Below are positions 26,880 through 38,944 of a DNA stretch of 64,000 nt, in pieces (position 1 is the first letter of the stretch; each line of letters opens with the position of its first letter). The translations under genes were made by a program, and so were the position numbers. The notes beneath the pieces are model-generated. The model did not search any database and was not told the origin of the DNA. It was given only the letters and a program-made list of their open reading frames with translations. Source of the stretch: Octopus vulgaris (lineage: Eukaryota); assembly GCA_951406725.2 (NCBI GenBank), contig OX597814.1, positions 220,968,001 to 221,032,000 on the forward strand. Direction: 5' to 3'.

Positions 26880-28100
26880 TGAATGTAAAAAGTCAGTAGG
26901 AGGCCTAAATATGTGCTTCCGCTTATGACTAAGTAGTCCAGCTTGAGAGAGACAAATATGCTTGCAGGTATGACAAGTTAGAGGAGAAGGATCATTGGCC
27001 ACAAGCAAACTTTTTCCTGCTGCTCTTTGTATCTCTCTATATATAAACGGCAGTTTGTCTGTGCGTGTTTCTGTGTGTCTGTTTGCTTGTACCCTCACCC
27101 TGACCACGGCTTTCAACCGATTCTGATGAAACTTGACACACACATAGCCCAATGTCATAATTGAAAACTAACGCAGCGAAAATTGTGAAAAGTTCCCCCA
27201 GTTCTGAAAAAAATCGATAAATTCGACATGGGGTCGAGAATCAGAAACACAAACCACAGACTGTCTAGGGGACTCAACTCGACCTTTTAACTCTCAAAAA
27301 AAAATTTACCATCATTTTTTCCCCATTTTTTTGCTATTTTTTGGCTATAACTCTCTAAAAATGCTTTATAGTTATTTCCCTTACAAACCCGAGCAACGCC
27401 GGGTGATACTGCTAGTCAGTGCATAATTCTAAGGTAGCACCTTCTCGGATTTTTGTCCTTCATTTTGATTAGTCTATTGTATCACTTTCCCAGTTTGCAT
27501 GCATCATTTTGAAATCTCTGTAACAAATTTTTGGTTTACATTCAGGCCTTTTTGATCCTTTTATCTGACCATATAACAGTGATCTAGGAATGCTTTGATC
27601 AGATTTCCCCATCAGATGACCAGTCCAGTGAAGTCTGTGTCGATGAATTTTAGTTTCAATGTTATCAATACCCGCACACTCAAGTATTTCAGAATCCGGT
27701 ACTTTGCGCACTCATCTCGTTTTCAGTATAAAGCGTAACCATCACTGATGAAATTTCTCCAGTAGTTTGAGCTGCGTCCTAAATACCACCCTTGTCTCAC
27801 ATAAGTAAAGAGGGGATGAAAGCATACAAGCACTGTACACTGCAACCGTCATGTTTTTGGTAGTATTACTATTAGACCAAACTTGCCTTTGAAGATTTTT
27901 CAAAGCCTGAGATGGTTTTTAAAGACAGTTTGCTATTTCATCATCAAAAGAACAAACAGAATTGAGCACACATCCAAGATAGGCAAATTTATTTCAGGTT
28001 CATAAAATGAGTTGGAAACTGGTTTAACAGTTTCATCTAAACTTATTGTTAGCCCAAAGGCCATACACAATTCATCAGTTTTAAGCAGTGTGGCAGGTAG
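26880..28100 (-). mobile_element. RTE (BovB-like) LINE 3' portion, decayed, interrupted by a Helitron
   Basis: 'AGIDNIETKIHRHRLHWTGHL...IPRSLLYGQ...R...KPK..YRD' and C-terminal C2H2 'CHTCKHICLSQAGLLSHKRKH', typical of RTE ORF ends. Confidence 0.88.
27032..27415 (+). mobile_element. Non-autonomous Helitron-like element
   Basis: Starts TC(TCTCTATATATAAA), ends CTAG, subterminal hairpin cccgagcaacgccggg, inserted between host A (27031) and T (27416), no TSD. Confidence 0.88.
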
Positions 28101-28258
28101 AAATTGTGTGTGTGCGTCTGTGTTTATGTGAGTGAGTGAGTGTTTGTTCTTCCCCATAACCGCTTGACAACGGAACTATTTAATACATCCATACAAACAT
28201 ACATACATACACATGTATGTACATACATATACATACTTACATACATACATACACACAC

Positions 28259-28291
<33 letters not shown>

Positions 28292-28296
28292 CATAC

Positions 28297-28363
<67 letters not shown>

Positions 28364-28366
28364 TAC

Positions 28367-28446
<80 letters not shown>

Positions 28447-28545
28447 ATAGCAGAAGTAACAGAGTGACTCAAGGTCCAAGAGTTTCGTGCGTTGGCACTT
28501 ATCAAAGTAGTCAAAGGTCGAAGTCCTGTGAGTTCATATAGCTGT

Positions 28546-28873
28546 TGAAGGCGTGTGGCTTAGTGGTTGGAATATTCGGTTCAGGATCGTAAGGCCGTGA
28601 GTTCAATTTCCGGAGACGCATTGTGCCTTCAGCAAGAGAGTTTATTTTCACGTTGCTCTTGTACACTCAGGTATCAAAAATGAGTAGTACCTGCATTTCA
28701 AAGGGCCAGCCTTGTCATACTCTGTGTGACGCTGAATCGTTTTGAGAACTGCGTTAAGGGTACACGTCTCCGTGGAGGGCTCAACCAATTTCAAGATAAT
28801 TTCACGAGCAGGCTGCTGTTCCGTTGGCCGTATCAGCTGGGACCCTCGTCATCGTAACCAACGGAGTGCTTCC
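28546..28873 (+). mobile_element. Chimeric SINE: D-type head plus C1 tail
   Basis: gcgtgtggcttagtgg...ttcacgttgctc...aaatgagta followed by gtacctgcatttcaaagggcc...acggagtgcttcc. Confidence 0.85.
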
Positions 28874-29026
28874 CCCTCCTCTCTTCCTCCTACCCTCCCC
28901 GTCTTCCTCCTACTACACCTGCTCCTCCCTTCTTCCCCTTCCTCCTCCTCCTCCTCCTCCTCCTCCTCCCGATAAATATATTTCCTTCTGGATTGTTCTA
29001 CAAAGAATCATATGAATGACATTATA

Positions 29027-29059
<33 letters not shown>

Positions 29060-29421
29060 ATATATATATATATGCATTTATACATATACATATATACATA
29101 CATATGAGTGTGTGTGGCTGTGCGTATTCGTGTGTGTGTGTGTGCATTTATACATATACATATGTATATATATATATATTCATATGAGTGTGTATGTGTG
29201 TGTGTATCTTTCTTTTTTAAGTTATATCCACAGAATTTTTATGGAGACAGCACTAGAAGTTACGACGTTTCGTAAACGAATACAGCTATGTAAACAGTGC
29301 TATCGTAGATGGAAAAGTAAGCGATTGGTGTATATGCATATTTCAGGAGTTATTGCTCCTTCGTCAGCACCACAACCAACCCATTAACCAGCCATGCTTC
29401 AATATCCACTAAATCAATGTG

Positions 29422-29497
<76 letters not shown>

Positions 29498-30183
29498 CAT
29501 GACTTCTCCCTTCGAACAAAGATGAGATGGTAATAATGGTTTTAGTTAAATTCGAGAGTTATCATTGATTGTTTTTAGTCCCAAATCATCTCTGATTATC
29601 GGGCAGCTCCCTGATAGAAGGTCTTTCAACCGAAACCGCCTCTCCTTCATTCTTTCTCTTAGAGTCTTTCTTCCATTCTTCCTTCAATTCGCTGCATTTT
29701 CCAACAGATCGAACGCAACGTAGAAAGCGCCGCACTTACCTCGATGCTATATGAACTCAAACATAAAGCCTGGCAAAACTAAATGACGTCAGCATACCGG
29801 CTGCCATCTCCGGATTACTGAAACGGGTGGCTACTATTAGCTAACAGGTAACTAAGATGTACACAACAGGTAACTAACAAATTATGTATTGTTTGCGTTC
29901 GTTGTAGCCACTCCCTCGGGGAGCTTTTCTTTCATCATCAAAGTGTGTGGAATGTTGCCAAAAATATTTGATCACTTTCGTGCTTCACCTAGCCATGCCC
30001 AACATTTATTAGACATAACCTTATAGATTCCTTCAACGATCTCTTCCCCACCCTCACTCTATCTCGTTCTCTCTTTGAGCGTGTGTTTCTTTCTCTCTCT
30101 CACTCGGTCTCTCTCTCTCTCCATATATATATATATACACACATGTGTGTGTGTATGTACATGTATATATATATATGTGTATG

Positions 30184-30218
<35 letters not shown>

Positions 30219-30399
30219 ATATATGTATGTATATATATACGTGTATGTATATATGTATTTATATATATACATATATAAATATATAAGAATATATGTATAC
30301 TTACCTACCGCCATACACACCTAACAACATTCAATCAAACATACAAAACATACGTATATACATTTAATACATACATATGTGCATACGTTAATTCGATAC

Positions 30400-30430
<31 letters not shown>

Positions 30431-30708
30431 CATACATACATACATACATACAAATACTCATACGTGCGTACATATACAAATCCTAATTATATATTTATAT
30501 ATGTATGTCTATGTACGTGTGTATGTGTATCGAATTATTTCCAATATTTCGTCATACTGGCTCGATAACAAAGAACTCATCAATATCGAAACAGATTATC
30601 ACAAGCTCCTATTCGGAGGGGAAAAAACACAATTTCTACGATGTTTTAATATATTTTATTTCTCTTTTATCCCGATTTCATTTATTATACATACGTACGT
30701 ACGTACGT

Positions 30709-30756
<48 letters not shown>

Positions 30757-31107
30757 ACGCACACATATATATGTATATGTATGTACATATATATATGTGT
30801 GAGTGCGTGTACGCATACCTATGTGCGTATGTCTTTAATTATATATATATATATATAATACATAAATATATATACATAAATACATACACACAAACATATA
30901 TATATAGAAACATATATATAAGTGCGCGTCTCTCTGTCTGTATATATATATTTATATATATATATATATGTATATATAGACATATATATATATAATTTTT
31001 TACGCAAATGTATAAAAAATATCCTATTTGTAGAATTCATTTATGTCACACTGTTGTATTCATTTTACTGTTATCATTATTTTTGCTGCGTATGTATGTG
31101 TGTGTGT

Positions 31108-31153
<46 letters not shown>

Positions 31154-31293
31154 AAAACGCTACATATAAGCATACATATATAGATATAAACTCATACATT
31201 TACATATGTATGTTTATAAACCGCCATTTTTATTCTTATCATCATTATTATTTTTTTATTATTCGTATCATTTTCATTATTATTGTTGTTCTT

Positions 31294-31326
<33 letters not shown>

Positions 31327-31812
31327 GTTGTTCTTTTTGTTGTTATTGTTATTATTATTATCATTATTATTATCAAAAAGCAACAAAATGAGCAACAAAC
31401 AATGGAGTTGCATTCATTTGTGCATTTTCGATTTTGTTCTATTTCCCCCGTTTATTTTATTAATTTTACATTCAGGTTTATTACATTAATTTTATTTAAA
31501 TTTATATTTTTAGCTATATTTGTTTCGCTTTCTTTGTTTGAGAGGGGAAAACAGAATTAAGAAGAAAAAAGTCAACGAAATGATTTATATGTCTATATGT
31601 ATTTCTATAGTTGTGTGTGTGAGGGTGTGTGTGTGTGTGTGTGTTCACATGTATGATGCACCTCTGCTTATCTGTGCGTGGGTGTATACGTATTTTTGTG
31701 TGAGTGCGCGTACGCATGCCTATGTGCATATGTCTTTAATTATATATATATATATATATGTACTTCTGTACATATACATACATACATACGCACACACACA
31801 TATGTATGCATG

Positions 31813-31855
<43 letters not shown>

Positions 31856-32465
31856 GTATATATATGTGTGTGTATGTGTGTGTGTGTGTACATGTTTTTG
31901 TTTATATTAATATATGTGTGTATATAAGTATCTGTGTATATTGTTTGATGAGGTGTGTGCGTATGCATACACACACACACACACACACACAAATAAACGC
32001 ACACGTATACCTGAATAGCAGATTAATTATGTTTGTAAGAATATGTGTGTGTGTGTGTGTGCATATGTGCAAAGTAAGTGTGTATGTACAAGGTTTTTTT
32101 TCCTTCCATCTGTGTGTGTATGTTAAAACACAATAAGGTTCAGCGAATAAGAATGAAAGTGGTCTTTATGTAGTATTTGGAGCTCTCTAGAGATAAATAA
32201 CATAAATCGCCTAAATTGGTGTCCATCAAGTCGAAGTCTAACTTCTCTACTGATCTACTACAAAATGGTGAGTTTGGAAATTATGAAATTTCTTTTCTAT
32301 TGACACAAATCTATCTGTGTCTATACAGTCCCTAATGGACTATTTTGTTAAATGAAAGCACACATGCTAGTTAGATATAACTGTCCGTGTATATTTCGGC
32401 GTGTATGTTAGGGCTGTCGTAAATGTATTGGTTTGAAAGCTTTTGGAGTATATTATATTACGGTA

Positions 32466-32925
32466 CGATACATGATGCGTTTAATGTGAATTAGTTCGTA
32501 TGCGTGTGCATGTGCATATGGTCAAAGCGAGTGACCTAGTGGTTAGGGCGTTCGGTTCATTAGCGTAATGGCCGTGAGTTCGATTCGGCGATACATGATG
32601 CGTTTTGTGTAAATTAGTTCGTATGCGTGTGCATGTGCATATGGTCAAAGCGAGCGACCTAGTGGTTAGGGTGTTCGGTTCATTATCGCAAGGGTCGTGA
32701 GTTCGATTCTCGGCGGTGCGCGCTGTGTCTTTGAGCAAGACACTTTATTTCACGTTGCTCCAGTAAATGTAGTTGGCAAAAATGAGTAGGACCTGCATTT
32801 TAAAAGGGCCAGCATTGTCAAACTTTAAAGATATGTGTGTTTGGGGAGCATGTTGATATCACGAGCAGGCTGTTCTCTTAATCGGACCTGTGGGAACCAC
32901 TCGTCGTCGCAACCGACGGTGTGCC
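32466..32925 (+). mobile_element. Diverged D-head/C1-tail SINE with a ~123-bp tandem duplication covering flank plus head
   Basis: cgatacatgatgcgttt...gtgagttcgattc occurs at 32466 and 32589; the second unit continues into the SINE body. Confidence 0.82.
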
Positions 32926-33067
32926 AGTATGTGCATATGTGTATAACTGAGCGTGTGTGTAATTGTGTATGTGTATGCGTTTGCAGGTTCGTAGGTAGAA
33001 TGATATTAATGTACGTTAGATGTGTGGGTCTGTGAATGTTCTGAATGTGTTTAGATTTGTGTTTTCA

Positions 33068-33157
<90 letters not shown>

Positions 33158-33941
33158 CATATCTGCCTATCTGTCTCTATACAAATATATATACGTAAGC
33201 ATACACACATATATAGGTACACGTACATATATGAGTGAATATGCATGTGTGCGTGCGTGCGTGCGCGCGTGTGTGCGTGTGCAGCGCTTTCGTTTTCTGC
33301 CTACATTTGTGCTCCAGTATACATGATATTTAGAATGAAATGCACAGCTGCTTACATGTGCAACTGAACATGCATATATGTCAGCCTGTTTCTGTATAAC
33401 GAGTGTGTACTTCTGCGTGTGAGCAGACGTTTGAGTACGCATACTCATTAAAAACACACATACACAAACATACACACGTAAGAGAAATGTAGTTTTGTGA
33501 ATGCGTCAACGTACGTACAAGCTTTCAAGCATTTCTCTATGTTTCCCTACCCAGTTATTGTGTTTTCCTATGCGCCGAGGATTTGTTCTCGTTTGTAAGC
33601 TTTCGTCTTTCTGTCACATATGTTTGCCATACGCCATTCTTTGCTTGCTTTTTTTCCAACAGATATTCCACATTTCCCCAACTCGGTTCATTGGAGAACT
33701 GCTTTTCCTATTTATCATATATACATCTGCACGCACAGACACAAATACACACGTACACACGTACACACAGAAACATATACACATATGCACACACAGATTT
33801 TTATATATTCATACACACAGACACACACACACATACACACTTATATATAATTATACTCATATGTTTATATGCATAAATATAATCACTTGTAAACATCTGT
33901 ATGCATCTATCTATGTTGTATCTATCTATATGTATATATGT

Positions 33942-34009
<68 letters not shown>

Positions 34010-34357
34010 GCGAGTGTGTGTGTGTGTGTGTGTGTATGCACATACACATGCACAAACACATATATATATACGCACACACACACACGCACGCATATACCCC
34101 CACACAAACAAAATGCATTAGATTTACACTCGGAAAAAATAGAGGGAAAACTTTTGTGTTTCCAACAGACTCTCTTCTACAGAAAGAATTGATGAGGAGA
34201 GAAAACAAGAAACGTGTTCCAATTAGACCATAGGTCCCCCAACTGTGAACCTCACATGTGTGTGTACATGAATGAAACTAATGTACGTGATGCTATGGGT
34301 CACGTTATATTTATATATGCATATCTTTATATATACGTATATATATACATACATATA

Positions 34358-34988
34358 TACAGGGTATCCTAAGGTCTGGACACAGGAAGTCTCATTAACT
34401 AAATGTTTTTTACCTAAATATCTTATTTATGTGCCTTTTTCAAGCCTAGCCAGGCTTATGGACCCTGTTTCCCGGCGTATGTGTTCCCCCAGTTGGATGG
34501 GATGCCAGTCCATCGCAGCGTTACTCATGAAACAGGAAGTGAGAGAAAGTTGGGGCAAAAGTGTACAACAGAGTCCCGTGGAGCTTTTAGATGTTTTCGC
34601 TTAATAAGCACACACAACGCCCTGTCTGGGAATCGAAACCGCGATCTTCAGACCGCGAGTCCGCTACCTTAACCGCTACCTTAACCGCTATCTTGTATAT
34701 GTTTTATATATAATATTTTACTTATATATTTTTATTAGTTACATTTCTTTTTACCTCCACAGATTAAATATGGTTTTGTGCTAAAATTGAGGGCAGTGTG
34801 GGGTTATTGCATCGGATTCACATAATTCTTGCAAAGCGCATCGACCTTTTCTTCACAAATGGTGGAAATGATATTGAGGATATTGTTTGGAAATATTCTA
34901 ATTGAATAAAATATTTTTGAAAATTTCACGTGTAGTTTTTGAAAATATACATTTTGCCTATGTGTCCAGACTTTAAAGACACCCTGTC
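34358..34988. mobile_element. Tc1/mariner-type MITE containing a nested SINE
   Basis: Imperfect TIRs TA-cagggtatcctaaggtctggacaca (34360) and tgtgtccagactttaaagacaccctg (to 34986). Confidence 0.8.
34431..34690 (-). mobile_element. Chimeric SINE: C head plus D (V-domain-like) tail
   Basis: C head (cccagac...ttattaagcgaaaacatctaaaagctccacg) joined at ttcctgtttc|atgagtaacgctgcgatggactggc to the D tail. Confidence 0.85.
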
Positions 34989-35000
34989 TATATAAATATA

Positions 35001-36258
35001 TCAGTCTACGCACCGCCTTTAACAGGTCGGCCGGATTTCTTTCGACGTCTAGAAGTTTTCCTAGGAACGTCTCGTCCTTTACTTTTAGTGGGGGATTGGA
35101 GTGTTACCTTGGACTACATGGACACAAATAGTAATAGGGGTTGCAAATGCCTCAAAAGGCCTGCTCAGACGCTTTCAACTGCCTGACAGGTACCGACTCG
35201 ATCTCCCGAATGCGCCGTGGACATGGAGCAACCACATCGGGTCGTCGAAATCGTATCTAGATACTATGTAGATCAATAGATAAAAATAGCGTAGGGTGTC
35301 CACAATTCTACATAGTCAGCTACACGGATCACAAACATGTGACGTGCTCGCTAGACTTAGATAAGGCACATAGACAGGGTTCCGGCTACTGGAAACTGAA
35401 CGCGTCTTTCCCGTCGAGACAGGTTTTCAGAGACCGGATTAGCTCGCTAGTGATAGGGGTTTTGACGGGAGCCATCATCATGCAAGCTCAACATGCATGG
35501 CTCGAGAAACACCGGGCCGACCTGCCCGAGATGCAGTCAGAGCAACGAAACTGTTCTGCGTGCACTTGTACAGTGTCCAACTATCTCTGACCTGTGGGCC
35601 TATGTCGAACGACTGCTATCGTGTGGGACGAGTTAGTTTATCAGCCGAGTCTGTCGTCAATATTGTCGCGCCTCCTTCCCTGAAACGGAAAGGAAGAGCC
35701 ATTTTCATTGTACTTGTGGCTATGGCGAAAGAATGTGTATGGTGGATACGTCTGAAAGGTCTAGAGACAAACACTCTCCTCTCTGGTGAATCTCTCACTA
35801 ACTTCTTCAAGTATCACTTGAAGAGGAAGGTGAGAGTAGAGTAGGAAGTTTGGTCTAGTTAATGTTTCAAAAAAAGATGGGTGAATGTAACAAGGATGGC
35901 ACGTGTGAATGACGGAGCCACTTTGAGCATAATCTTATGAACCAGAAAAAGAAAGGAAAATAAGAGAGCCACTTACCGTGATGTGTGTGTGTATGTTTTT
36001 TATTTTGCATGACATTGTTACCCGAGGTTACCGTGGTCTTTTCCGTAGGCTTTTCTTTCCACGGAAAAACCTAATCCTTTTTTCCTTTTTACATTTATGA
36101 CATCTCTGTGATACACGATCCCTATTTATTGGCACTTTTCTCCCACGATCTCTTTGATCGAAATTTTATCCCCCCCCCCCATTTTCCCCAAAAGAAAAGT
36201 TCTACATTGTATTTTGTCCCCTCTGTGTTCGGTCCTGTGTGGCCAATAAAGAAGAAGC
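35001..36258 (+). mobile_element. Tx1/L1-clade LINE copy 1: endonuclease joined by deletion to C-terminus and 3' UTR
   Basis: 'SVYAPPLTGRPDFFRRLEVFL...LLVGDW', 'YTDHKHV...GSGYWKLNAS'; then C-terminal region and UTR homologous to copy 2; AATAAA followed by (ATCT)n. Confidence 0.88.
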
Positions 36259-36259
36259 A

Positions 36260-36356
<97 letters not shown>

Positions 36357-38241
36357 GTTCATGCCGTCCAACAGCGTCTCCATCGTGGGACACTGGACCG
36401 GCGGACCAGTTAAATTGCTCGGAGTCTGGTTCGGTCCGGACCTCTAAATGCAGAAGATCTGGGGCGAGATAAAATCTAGGGTGGCCACTCTCATCCAGCA
36501 ATGGGTCGAGAGGAAGCTATCCATAAAAGCTCGGGTGGAGGTGGCGAACGCGTAAATCGCATCCGTCATCGATTACCGTCTGACCGTCAAGCCTTGTCCC
36601 GATCCTACCATCACCAAACCGGAACGCATACTCTTCCGCTTCCTGTGGAAGGGAAGCGTTTCGATGGTTAGGCGATCCATTTGTTGTCAACACTTGCTAA
36701 AAGGAGGGCTAGGCATGCCGTGGTTGATGGTACTCATACATGCGCTGAGACTGTGAGATCTCCGGCGCTTCATAGACGACGGTGAACAGGTGTGTTCGCC
36801 ATTTGTGTGGCGCGCTTTCCCGCAACTCGTCTCTTTGGCCGAGCTGCAGTTGTGGATCAACTAGAAAGCGAGGCTGGGCGAATGGCACCGCGAGTGCCGC
36901 CTTGCTCTCAAGCAAGTCTGCTGTTCGGTACCAAACTTGTACGACTTCAGTTCCACAAAGGCGTTCTATAGAGGATTATTGCAGGGGAGGTGCCACGACG
37001 TTCTCGGGCAGAATCTGGGCGTCGAGGAGCAACACCTGACTCGCCTATTCAGGACAGGGCAGGGACCTATGGACAATCACCAAAGATCTCTGGCCTGGCA
37101 GCGCTATCGAGAAGCATTACCTGTTCAGGATAAGCTCTACAGGCACGGTTCGAGACACATCGGATCGACTTGCCCGAGATGCGGTCAGAGCGACGAAACC
37201 GTTCTGCACGCGCTCGTCCAGTGTCCAACCATTTCGGACCTGTGGGCTTATGCCGAACGGCTGCTGTCATGTGTAGGACGAGTTCTTCTGTCGGCCGAGT
37301 CTATCGTGACAATTGCTCTGCCACCTTCCTTTAACCGGGAAGGCAAGGCAGTCTTCATTGTATTGACCATGGTGAAAGAATGTGTGTGGTGGACTCGAGC
37401 GAAAGGTTTAGTGACAAACACATACCTCTCTGGTCCCCTCTCGTCATCAATTTTTTCAAGTACTACTTGAAATGAAAGGTGAGAATAGAGGGGCAAGTTT
37501 TGTATCGTGAAAGTTTTAATAAAAGGTAGGTGAATGTAGCAAAGATGATACGTGCGAGTGACGAAACTACTTTGAGCATGATCTCTTTTACTTGTTTCAG
37601 TCATTTGTCTGTGGCCATACTGGAGCACCGCCTTTAGTCGAGCAAATCGACCCGAGGACTTATTCTTTGTAAGTCTAGTACTTATTCTATCGGTCTCTTT
37701 TGCCGAACCGCTAAGTTACGGGGACGTAAACACCCCAGCATCGGTTGTCAAGCAATGTTAGGAGGGCAAACACAGACACACAAACATATACACACAAATA
37801 CATATCTATACATATATACGACGGGCTTCTTTCAGTTTCCGTCTACCAAATCCGATTGGTCGGCCCGAGGCTATAGTAGAAGTCACTTGCCCAAGGTGTC
37901 ACGCAGTGGGACTGAACACGGAACCATATGTTTCGTAAGCAAGCTACTTACTACACAGCCACTCCTACTCCTATAGAGCACTTTGGTCTCATGTGTTTAT
38001 TCTCTCCCTACCTGAGGTTACTGTGGGCTTTTCCGTATGCTTTTCTTTCCACGAATAAACCTAATCTTGCTTTTTACACTTTTAAACCTTTTCTGTGATA
38101 GACGATCCTTTTTAATCGTTTTTTTTCACGATCCCTTTTGACCGGAATTTTATTTTTCTCCTTTTTTCTATTTTAGAAAAGAAAAGCTCTACATTGTATT
38201 TTGTCCCCTCTGCGTTCGGTCCTGTATGGCTAATAAATAAA
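36357..38241 (+). mobile_element. Tx1/L1-clade LINE copy 2, 5'-truncated, interrupted by SINE B
   Basis: Post-RT GGLGMP motif; zinc knuckle 'CPRCGQSDETVLHALVQC...LW'; 3' UTR aligns with copy 1; (ATCT)n on both sides (36259-36356 and 38247-38339). Confidence 0.9.
37583..37972 (-). mobile_element. SINE B nested in Tx1-like copy 2
   Basis: Full B sequence; Tx1 homology to copy 1 resumes after it. Confidence 0.93.
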
Positions 38242-38246
38242 CTTAC

Positions 38247-38339
<93 letters not shown>

Positions 38340-38861
38340 CACCTACCTACCTACCTACATATATACCAGCCTACATTCCTACCTACCTATGTTTCTATCC
38401 ATCACCATTGTCTTGGAACTTCACCCCCCAAAAAACCAAAAACAAAGTTTTCTTCTAAATAAAACCACTCCCCAAAATATTTGTTTTATATAAATGAACA
38501 AGCTGTTTGTACAATCACAAAACTGTATTTGACAAGTTCTAGACAGGAACGAAAGCGCTAATAATAATGAGGAAATAAAAGGTTTTTTTCCAAAATTCTG
38601 GCGGCTTTTTTTCCTCAATATTGAATTCTATACATCACACCTTACACTCTATACATACATATACATATACGTATACATATACATATATATATATATATGT
38701 CTTTTTAGATTTTTTAATATATCTTTTTATTTTATTTTATTTTATTTGTAGTTTTAATTGGGAATTTATTTATCGATGTATTTATTTATTTTTTTAAATA
38801 AACAATTTTAAATTGTAAAAATTGTAAATTTTATATACATATATGAGTATTTTTTAAATGT

Positions 38862-38921
<60 letters not shown>

Positions 38922-38944
38922 GTGTGTGTGTGTATGTGTGTGTG

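Larger units (their letters stand above)
28190..34110. repeat. Microsatellite-dense block ((TA)n, (TACA)n, (CA)n, (TTA)n, (ATCT)n, (CCT)n)
   Basis: Read directly; source of the many YI/HT/CV pseudo-ORFs. Confidence 0.95.

Noticed and set aside
29605-29645. Hammerhead-like ctgatagaaggtctttcaaccgaaac
   Set aside because: The core has extra bases relative to CUGANGA, and I could not find stems I/III or a cleavage triplet.
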